Below, piece by piece: positions 17,205 through 24,327 of a DNA stretch of 62,280 bases. Where the stretch lies: contig CALXRR010000001.1 in the NCBI GenBank assembly GCA_944390905.1, positions 1-62,280 of the forward strand. Reading direction: 5' to 3'. The position numbers and the translations under genes are program-made. This stretch comes from an uncultured Alphaproteobacteria bacterium. GTDB taxonomy: Bacteria > Pseudomonadota > Alphaproteobacteria > RF32 > CAG-239. Numbering within the stretch: position 1 is the stretch's first letter; the number at the start of each line of letters is the position of its first letter. Under the pieces are notes generated by a model that saw only the letters and a program-made list of their open reading frames with translations, was not told the origin of the DNA and searched no databases.

Positions 17205-17272
17205 CAACACCCTTTGTCTTAGTAGTTAAAAACAACGTCCACTCTTTGATGACAAAGGGCGGACGGGTGTTG
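17205..17272 (-). promoter_or_regulatory. 5'-leader hairpin that pairs the SD region of the 16247-17200 gene with an upstream anti-SD
   Basis: In the mRNA sense, ccctttgtc pairs with gacaaaggg, which contains the AAGGG SD 9 nt before the AUG, and caaca pairs with tgttg. An alternative register uses gggtgttg / caacaccc. Read directly from the sequence. Confidence 0.45.
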
Positions 17273-17696
17273 CAAACCGTAGAGATATTTACGGCCCGGC
17301 ATTTTCAAGCCAAGGCTCTTATAGTACCGGCACCCGCCCCAAGAGGCATATAAGCACCGGTAATCATTATTTTAAGTCGTTATACCTAAACGACTATATC
17401 TCCAAAAGGGTTTGCACGCCCTGACGGACAAACTTTGCCCGCTAATCAAAATTCTAGCATAACAGAGCTTAAAAATCAATGAATAAGTCTTGAGAGTTAG
17501 AAATATCTTGAAATGGCGGCGGTATTGGGTGTTATTTGACTAATTTTGTCCAGTGTTTTTTGGGGAGGTAGGGGTAAAGGGATGAGTAAAAAGGAAGTTA
17601 GGGGATGGAATGGAAGAGTATAGAAGGAGGCGGAGCGGGGATGGAAGTTAGTCGGTATTGGGTTTGGTGGAGTGGAGTAGAATAAAAAATATTATC

Positions 17697-17730
17697 AACT
17701 GTCATGTTCGGGCTTGACCCGGACATCTAA
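17697..17730. repeat. B-type hairpin repeat, inverted copy
   Basis: atgttcggg-cttga-cccggacat, a 9-bp stem with one G-T pair. Confidence 0.6.
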
Positions 17731-17740
17731 ACGCTGGTTT

Positions 17741-17823
17741 GAGTTAGAGTTTGTTAGTAGTTTAGGCTCCGGCATAGCCGGAGGCACAAGCTCTACCAGC
17801 TTGTGTTGGATGGTTTTTTATAA
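17741..17823. repeat. Composite repeat, diverged A-tail plus R1 double hairpin
   Basis: 17767-17805 (ctccggcatagccggaggcacaagctctaccagcttgtg) is 39/39 identical to 18079-18117. It contains the hairpins ctccggc-ata-gccggag and cacaagct-ctacc-agcttgtg. Confidence 0.8.
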
Positions 17824-18010
17824 GGTAAGTTGTGAGATAAAGATTGTGTGTTTAATTTAGGTAAGATAATCTATCGCGTCTAATTTTGTCCAAGAGACTA
17901 AGAGATGAAGAGAAGAAAGAGGGTAATAGGAAAGTTAAAGATAATATTTAGAAACAAAATCCCGACCCTCTCAACAGCTAAACTGGGTGGAGTTCAACGG
18001 CCTCGGGAGT

Positions 18011-18134
18011 GAGCAACGCGACTACTTGAAACATGGGATAAGTAACAGCTAAGTTAGGGGATGAAGCTGGCACAGCTTCTCCGGCATAGCCGGAGGCACA
18101 AGCTCTACCAGCTTGTGGTGGATGGTTTTTATAA
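18011..18134. repeat. Composite repeat: A-tail + H hairpin (gaagctg-gca-cagcttc) + R1 double hairpin (most complete copy)
   Basis: 18018-18056 is 39/39 identical to 18316-18354. The H hairpin is at 18063-18079 and R1 at 18079-18117. Confidence 0.85.
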
Positions 18135-18181
18135 TGGTATAATCTTAGGATTAAACATGGATACTTTATCTAAATTAAGCA

Positions 18182-18223
18182 TAGATCCTGGGGCGCGCTG
18201 CGCTTGTCCGAGGATGACAGTGC
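18182..18223. repeat. B-type repeat, partial/diverged copy
   Basis: It shares ..gtccgaggatgacagtgc with 16211-16228; the 5' half is diverged. Confidence 0.5.
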
Positions 18224-18309
18224 AAGATGATAGGCAGGCGGCAATATCTAAGCAACGCGATTTTCTGGGCACGAAACAAACCACAGCTAACCTAGGGCTC
18301 CACGAGCAT

Positions 18310-18380
18310 CGTGGAGCGACTACTTGAAACATGGGATAAGTAACAGCTAAGTTAAGAAGTGAAGCTGGCACAGCTTCTTG
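18310..18380. repeat. Composite repeat: A-tail + H hairpin (second tandem-like copy)
   Basis: Identical 39-mer plus the identical 18-mer gaagctggcacagcttct (18361-18378), preceded by the hairpin ctccacga-gca-tcgtggag (18298-18316). Confidence 0.85.
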
Positions 18381-18446
18381 CGCAGGAGAGGAGGGTAATT
18401 TTGGGAGGTGGGGTTGCGGCAAGAAAAATTGTGTCGTTTAGCCTAA

Positions 18447-19514
18447 TTATGCTTGCTCTTTTTTGGATTTGAGCTGGCCGCAGGCTGCCAGGATATCTTG
18501 TCCGCGGGGGACGCGTATCGGTGCGGCAAAGCGGTTCTTTTGCAGTTCTTTAGAAAAAGCGATAATCCGGCTCTTGGGGCTCGGCTCATAAGCACACCCC
18601 GGCCATGGGTTAAACGCTATCAAGTTGAACTTGGCATTAATCTTAAACTTGCGCATCAAGTCTATCAGCTCGTGGGCATCAGCCAGAGAATCATTAAAAT
18701 CTTTAAGCATAAGGTATTCAAAAGTAACAAAATGACTGCCGTCAAGTTGTTGATACTCATGACAAGCGGTCAAAACTTCCTCTAACGGGTAGCGCTTGTT
18801 AATAGGCATAATCTGTGAGCGTTTCTCATTATTGGGGGCATGCAGGCTGATTGCCAGTTTGACGCCGGTGGCTTGAATCATCGGCACAATATTGGGAGCT
18901 ATCCCTGATGTAGACAAAGTGATGCGACGTTTGGAAATGGCTATACCATCGCCGTCGGTCAAAATCTTGAGGGCTTTGATGACGTTGTCCATATTATGCA
19001 GAGGCTCACCCATGCCCATAACCACGATATTGGAAAGGTAGCGGGTTTCGTCTTTGGGTGATGGCCATTCATGATAAGCATCGCGAGCGGCCATAAACTG
19101 ACCGACAATCTCTCCGGCGGTCAAGTTGCGGGTGATTTTTTGGCTGCCGGTATGACAGAATTTGCACCCAACCGCGCAGCCCACCTGTGTGGAAATACAG
19201 ACGGCGCCGCGGTCTTCTTCCGGAATATAAACCGTCTCGATACGCTGGCCGTCGGGAAACTCAAACAACCACTTGTGGGTTTTGTCAGCAGAAATCTGTT
19301 CGGTTATGATTTTGGGGCGAGTAATTGAACAGTGTTCCTCAAGCTTGGCGCGGAAGTCTTTGGAGAGGCTGCTCATTTGCGCAAAATCAGTTGCGCCGTG
19401 GTAATAGAGCCACTGCCACAATTGTTTGGCGCGGAAAGGTTTTTCACCCAAATCAGCAATAAAAGATGAAAGCTCCTCTTTGCTCAAGCCGATGAGTTCT
19501 ACTTTATCAGTCAT
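18447..19514 (-). CDS. rlmN: 23S rRNA/tRNA (adenine-C2)-methyltransferase RlmN (radical SAM)
   Basis: CAVGCKFCHTG radical-SAM cluster motif, GMGEP, C-terminal ACGQL. Start set to the ATG at 19514 (MTDKVELIG), 4 nt after the upstream stop. Confidence 0.92.
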   Translation of the reverse strand: MTDKVELIGLSKEELSSFIADLGEKPFRAKQLWQWLYYHGATDFAQMSSLSKDFRAKLEEHCSITRPKIITEQISADKTHKWLFEFPDGQRIETVYIPEEDRGAVCISTQVGCAVGCKFCHTGSQKITRNLTAGEIVGQFMAARDAYHEWPSPKDETRYLSNIVVMGMGEPLHNMDNVIKALKILTDGDGIAISKRRITLSTSGIAPNIVPMIQATGVKLAISLHAPNNEKRSQIMPINKRYPLEEVLTACHEYQQLDGSHFVTFEYLMLKDFNDSLADAHELIDLMRKFKINAKFNLIAFNPWPGCAYEPSPKSRIIAFSKELQKNRFAAPIRVPRGQDILAACGQLKSKKEQA

Positions 19515-19518
19515 GGGG

Positions 19519-20046
19519 TTACTTTCGGCCGCACTTGGCGTTGATGGCCTTATAAGCACTCATAAAGCCGCTCAGCGAATAAGTATCCTTAGTTTCGGTA
19601 CCTTTAGAAGACACGCCGCGGACTATCATTCTTTGACCTTTTTTCATGGCGTCAACAAGCTCTTTGTCGGCAGTCTCATTAACCGCCCAAGCTTTATCTC
19701 CGTCGGTGAAAATGTCACTAATCGTTTGGGTGCCGATTTTGACCTGAACTTTGGCTCCGGGTTTATAATTATAACCAGCGACAAAGTTGACCACGTCAAA
19801 GCTATGTTCTGAGGGGCGATGTGTCACTACAACGTAAATATCTCCACGCTTGGTATATTTGCCCTCGTCCTTTTTGGGAGTGGAGGCTATATAACAAATG
19901 CGGCCTTGGCTGTCATCAGCATAGTAGGCTACCCAATCGCGATATTCGCCTATTAACTGAGGGCCTTTGGGTGCAGAAGACTCTGCCGCAGTGGCGCATA
20001 AACTCAAAACCAGACTTGATAAAAATATATATTTTGCTTTTAACAT
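19519..20046 (-). CDS. Invasion-associated locus B (IalB)-family periplasmic protein
   Basis: Signal peptide MLKAKYIFLSSLVLSLCATAAES. Conserved W.AY...C.I and SL.GF..A pattern of the IalB family. Confidence 0.75.
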   Translation of the reverse strand: MLKAKYIFLSSLVLSLCATAAESSAPKGPQLIGEYRDWVAYYADDSQGRICYIASTPKKDEGKYTKRGDIYVVVTHRPSEHSFDVVNFVAGYNYKPGAKVQVKIGTQTISDIFTDGDKAWAVNETADKELVDAMKKGQRMIVRGVSSKGTETKDTYSLSGFMSAYKAINAKCGRK

Positions 20047-20145
20047 TACAGAATACCCACAAATCAAATTTACTTTTGTTAAATTGTAATTGAAATATCT
20101 ATAAAAAATGTTAATTTCTAATCAAATATTTTGGATTTGGTAAAA

Positions 20146-21390
20146 ATGATTAGAGACTGTTATATAGATATTAATAAACTGGTTAAAGATAAAAGTATAT
20201 TTAAACTGTTTCGCGCGGTGGAAAACCATGGCGGAACTTTGCGCTTTGTCGGCGGGGCTGTCCGCGATGTGATTGCTAAACTGCCGGAACATAACTTTGA
20301 CCTTGACTTGGCTACCGATTTGTCACCGGAAGAAGTGGTGGAAGCCTGCGAAGAAAAAAACCTCAAAACCGTGCCTATTGGGCTGAAATTTGGTACTGTT
20401 GGTGTCGTTATCGGTGATAAAGTGGTCGAAGTGACATCTTTACGAAGAGATGTGGTTACTGATGGGCGACATGCCGAAGTAGAGTTTACATCTGACTGGG
20501 AGGCTGATGCTTCAAGGCGCGACTTGACTATCAACGCCGTATATGCCGACGAAAAAGGAAATGTGTTCGATTATTATAACGGAATCGATGATATTGAAAA
20601 CGGGCGCGTAAGGTTTATCGGCAATGCTTTACAGCGAATCCATGAAGATTATTTGCGAGTACTGAGGTTCTTCCGCTTTTATTCAATATTTGGAAGAGGC
20701 GAGATTGACAACAAGGCTTTGCAGGCTTGTATGGAGTGCCGTGAAGAGCTCCAGCAATTGGCTATTGAGAGAATCCGTGATGAAATGAGCAAGTTGGTGA
20801 TGACGCCCAAGGCGGTCGAAACCCTTAAAATTATGTTTGATAACGGCATTTTGGAATATATCTTGCCGACGGCAAAGCATTTGGACTGTTTGGCTTTTTT
20901 GATTGAATTGATACAAAAGCACAATATTGCCCCTGATGCTATGCGGCGCTTGTTTGTAATGTATGATCCTGATGAAAAACTCGCCGAAAACTTGTCTGCT
21001 CGTTTGAAATTCAGCAAAAAACAGCGCGAAATGTTTATTCGTTGGGCGGTAAGGAATCCGGAGTTATCAGAGTTTGTTGACCATAAAGGCCTGCGAAAGC
21101 TGTTATATACTTATGGAAAAGAGTTTTGCTTTAACAAACTATTGTTGATTTGTGCGTTAAATAAGCATGAACCGGAAAACTTTGATGAAATTGTAAAAAG
21201 CATTAACAACTGGCAAATTCCAGAGTTTTCAATCAAAGGAAAGCATATTTTAGAATTGGGAATCGAAGACAATCGCAAAATCGGAGCTATCTTGGGCAAG
21301 CTTGAAGAGATGTGGATTGAAAGCGATTTTAAGCTGTCGGAAAAAGAGTTATTAGTTTTAGCCAAAGATATGGTTGTTTCTGCGGCCTAA
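20146..21390 (+). CDS. cca: tRNA nucleotidyltransferase (CCA-adding enzyme) / poly(A) polymerase family
   Basis: GGAVRD, DLDLAT, RRDLTINA head-domain motifs. ATG 20146 is preferred over TTG 20131. Confidence 0.8.
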   Translation: MIRDCYIDINKLVKDKSIFKLFRAVENHGGTLRFVGGAVRDVIAKLPEHNFDLDLATDLSPEEVVEACEEKNLKTVPIGLKFGTVGVVIGDKVVEVTSLRRDVVTDGRHAEVEFTSDWEADASRRDLTINAVYADEKGNVFDYYNGIDDIENGRVRFIGNALQRIHEDYLRVLRFFRFYSIFGRGEIDNKALQACMECREELQQLAIERIRDEMSKLVMTPKAVETLKIMFDNGILEYILPTAKHLDCLAFLIELIQKHNIAPDAMRRLFVMYDPDEKLAENLSARLKFSKKQREMFIRWAVRNPELSEFVDHKGLRKLLYTYGKEFCFNKLLLICALNKHEPENFDEIVKSINNWQIPEFSIKGKHILELGIEDNRKIGAILGKLEEMWIESDFKLSEKELLVLAKDMVVSAA

Positions 21391-21737
21391 AAAGCGTTAG
21401 GAATATGGCGCAAGCGGAACGGAAACGCGAACAAAACCGCATCAAAGCGGATGTCGTAGTGTTGATAGATTTGATGTTTGGCTAAAAAATTGGCGGCAGC
21501 AGTGCGAATCCGTTTTTGCTGAGCGGGGCTGATGGCATAAGCGGCAGAGGTGATATCTTTACGTTGTTTGACCTCAACAAAGGCCAGAGTATTGCCCCTG
21601 ACGGCGATAAAATCTATCTCTCCGGCGGTGGTGCCGCGGCCGGTGATGTAATTGTGAGCTAGAATCCTCCAGCCATGCAGTCTGAAATACCAGCGCGCGG
21701 CTAATTCAGCCAGATGTCCGCTAAGATTGTGCTGCAT
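21387..21737 (-). CDS. yraN: YraN-family (UPF0102) endonuclease-like protein
   Basis: GEIDFIA...VEVK motif, about 116 aa. Adjacent to rsmI, as in many proteobacteria. Confidence 0.85.
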   Translation of the reverse strand: MQHNLSGHLAELAARWYFRLHGWRILAHNYITGRGTTAGEIDFIAVRGNTLAFVEVKQRKDITSAAYAISPAQQKRIRTAAANFLAKHQIYQHYDIRFDAVLFAFPFRLRHIPNAF

Positions 21738-22578
21738 TTTTTAATTCATCTTTGATTTTGAGAGCTTTTTCGTAGACTTCGTTTTTATTAACGCCATAGA
21801 GTTCGACGATTTCTTTAACCGAGGTTTTGAGGTTTTGCCTTAAAAGTTTTTCGCGGAGAAGAGAATCCAAATCTATATCAGCATTCTTTTCTTCAGCGGC
21901 GGGCGGAGCAACCATAAAAACCATTTCGCCTTTGGGTTCTTGCGCGGAAAAATGCTCTATCAGCTCAGCGGCACTGCCAAGGCGGCTTTCTTCATACATT
22001 TTACTAATCTCGCGGCAGACACACATCTCTCTGTTGCCAAAAACAGCCGATGCTGCGGTAAGTGTTTTGATTATGCGGTTGGCGGTTTCATAAAACACGA
22101 GTGTGGCGTCGATATTTTTGAGTGAGGAAAACAGCTCCTCGCGGGCTTTATCCTTATTGGGAACAAAGCCTGAAAACATAAACTTATTGGTTGGCAAGCC
22201 GGAAAGCTGTAAGGCGCAGATTAAGGCGCAGCAACCGGGCAAAACCGTAACATAAATACCTTGTTCGCGGCAGCGGCGAATCAGCTTATATCCGGGGTCG
22301 GAGATTAACGGTGAGCCGGCGTCGCTGATTAAGGCTATGGATTTGCCCTCCTCAGATATCAGGCGAATCAGCTTATCGGCCTCTTTATCCTCATTATAAT
22401 TTTGGTAACAAATAAATTGCTTTTGAAGGCTCAAGCCTAAAAGTGTAAATAATTTTTTGCTTACCCTAGTATCTTCACAGGCGATAATATCCGCAGAAGA
22501 CAAGACTTCTTGCGCGCGGGGAGAAATATCTCCGAGGTTGCCTATCGGGGTGGCGACTATATATAATCCGTTTTGCAT
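21721..22578 (-). CDS. rsmI: 16S rRNA (cytidine1402-2'-O)-methyltransferase RsmI
   Basis: LYIVATPIGNLGDIS N-terminus, CEDTR motif, tetrapyrrole-methylase fold size. Confidence 0.92.
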   Translation of the reverse strand: MQNGLYIVATPIGNLGDISPRAQEVLSSADIIACEDTRVSKKLFTLLGLSLQKQFICYQNYNEDKEADKLIRLISEEGKSIALISDAGSPLISDPGYKLIRRCREQGIYVTVLPGCCALICALQLSGLPTNKFMFSGFVPNKDKAREELFSSLKNIDATLVFYETANRIIKTLTAASAVFGNREMCVCREISKMYEESRLGSAAELIEHFSAQEPKGEMVFMVAPPAAEEKNADIDLDSLLREKLLRQNLKTSVKEIVELYGVNKNEVYEKALKIKDELKNAAQS

Positions 22579-22650
22579 TAGTTATTTCTTTACTTTGTTG
22601 GTGTTTTATTCTAAATCATATAAATAGAAGTTTATTTCAGTCGGGATAAA

Positions 22651-24138
22651 ATGCAAGTGCTAAAAAAATATTTGTTATTCTTATGCTGTTTGTGGATGGG
22701 TGGATGCCAGTCCTCAAACCAACCGAGAAATTTGTCGGTTTCGGACTTTAATCAAGAAGCTTATGACGCTTTGTCTTTAACTGAATCAAACACTGAAATA
22801 CAAGACGGTAATTTTAGGGTCGGTATGCTGTTGCCGTTGACCGGACAAGCTGCAACCTATGGGCAGGGACTTAAAAATGCGGCATTGCTGGCTTTGGATG
22901 ATGTTAAAACCGATAATTTAGTCTTGCAGTTCTACGACACAAAAAGTACCCCCAGCGGGGCTAGAATCGCCGCAGAAAATGCTATTGCGCAAAATGCTCA
23001 AATGATTATCGGACCTTTGATGAGCTCTTCAGTACAAGCTATTGAAGATGAGACAACTTATCGAGAAATTCCGGTAGTGGCTTTTTCAACCGATGCTTCC
23101 GTATTAAGGCCGCAAGTTTATACTCTGGGGTTGTTGGTGCAAGAGCAGGTAAACCGTATCATGGCTTATGCCATAAGCCGCGGAAAGCAAAAATTTGCCC
23201 TACTGCTGCCTGATGATGAAACCGGTATGGCTATTGCCAAGGCTGCGGTGCGTACATCAATCAAATATAACGCAAATATTACCAAAATTGCTTTTTATAC
23301 TCCTGGTACTACTGATTTTTCGGCTTCGGTTAAAGCTTTGGTGGATTATGACAAACGCAGCGCGAGACTGGCAAAAGTCAGAAGTTCGTTGCAAGCTATG
23401 AAAGGCAACGCCAGTGCTCAAAAAGCTTTGAAAAGAATCGAAAGATTGCAGGCTTTGGGCGATGTGGATTTTGACGCTGTAATTATTCCGGAATCCGGTG
23501 CCAGACTGAAATCGGCTTTGGCGATGTTTGGGTATTATGACGTATATTCTCCGCAGGTGCGTTTCCTTGGAACAAGCGTATGGGAAAATACAGACCTTAG
23601 CCGAGAAACAATGGCTTATGGCTCATGGTATCCGGCTTTATCAAGAGCTCACAGTGCTTATTTTGCCAATAAATATACCGAAACATTCGGTGAAAAGCCG
23701 GCCAGCATCTATTCTTTGTCTTATGATGCGGTGGCACTGGCTTCAGCTATTGCAAGAAAGCAAAACGCAAATATTGAAAGCATGATTACATCAAGCGACG
23801 GGTATATCGGCATTAACGGCGTGTTCAGAATCTTTGCTAATGGGACTAATGAGCATAGCCTTGAGGTGCTGGAAGTCAGCAACGGTGGGACTAAAATCGT
23901 CTCTGAAGCGCCCAAACGATTTGATGCTCCTTTTTACGGAGTTGACCCTAACAGCGAAATCGTTCTTTATGACGGATATCATGCTCCGGAGATATATGGC
24001 AAAAACCAAGAAGCCGTCCAAATTGCTATCTATGGCAGAGTGCTGGATTATCAATACATGCCGGTAGAATATTCCGGAAAAAGCGAATTTGAAATTGTGC
24101 GCGATGCCTTAAAACAGCATAATGTGGTGCTGCCATAG
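22651..24138 (+). CDS. LpoA-like penicillin-binding-protein activator / periplasmic-binding-fold lipoprotein
   Basis: Lipobox-like ...WMGGC. Type-I periplasmic binding fold pattern. Divergent from rsmI-yraN, matching the conserved rsmI/lpoA/yraN neighbourhood. Confidence 0.65.
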   Translation: MQVLKKYLLFLCCLWMGGCQSSNQPRNLSVSDFNQEAYDALSLTESNTEIQDGNFRVGMLLPLTGQAATYGQGLKNAALLALDDVKTDNLVLQFYDTKSTPSGARIAAENAIAQNAQMIIGPLMSSSVQAIEDETTYREIPVVAFSTDASVLRPQVYTLGLLVQEQVNRIMAYAISRGKQKFALLLPDDETGMAIAKAAVRTSIKYNANITKIAFYTPGTTDFSASVKALVDYDKRSARLAKVRSSLQAMKGNASAQKALKRIERLQALGDVDFDAVIIPESGARLKSALAMFGYYDVYSPQVRFLGTSVWENTDLSRETMAYGSWYPALSRAHSAYFANKYTETFGEKPASIYSLSYDAVALASAIARKQNANIESMITSSDGYIGINGVFRIFANGTNEHSLEVLEVSNGGTKIVSEAPKRFDAPFYGVDPNSEIVLYDGYHAPEIYGKNQEAVQIAIYGRVLDYQYMPVEYSGKSEFEIVRDALKQHNVVLP

Positions 24139-24199
24139 TAAATAATTTGCGATATTCATAATTTTTTCCTTGAAAAAGGGGACTTTTTCGGGAATATTA

Positions 24200-24296
24200 G
24201 AGAGGGAGGACGTCGGGTTAGTCGGTCGCCAATCCGGTCAGGTTCGGAAGAAAGCAGCCGTAACGATGCGGATTAAGGTCGATGCTCCTCCTCTCT
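24200..24296 (+). ncRNA. ffs: Signal recognition particle RNA (4.5S RNA)
   Basis: ggtcaggttcggaagaaagcagcc matches the conserved SRP domain IV sequence. The closing stem is agagggaggacgtcg / cgatgctcctcctctct, followed by a T-run. It is located upstream of dnaX, as is usual. Confidence 0.85.
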
Positions 24297-24327
24297 TTTT
24301 GATTGGTTCTGGTTGGTTTTAGAAAAA

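Noticed and set aside
17741-18380. Possible CRISPR array, because of repeated 39-mers.
   Set aside because: There are only two copies of each unit, with irregular spacing and mixed unit types. The repeats are themselves multi-hairpin composites, and there are no cas genes.
18061-18422. ORFs 18061-18327 (+) and 18129-18422 (-) in the repeat field; also 16147-16407 (-).
   Set aside because: They are built from the hairpin repeats (for example the IDPG...PRMTV pseudo-peptide of the B-type repeat). They have no SD and overlap each other.
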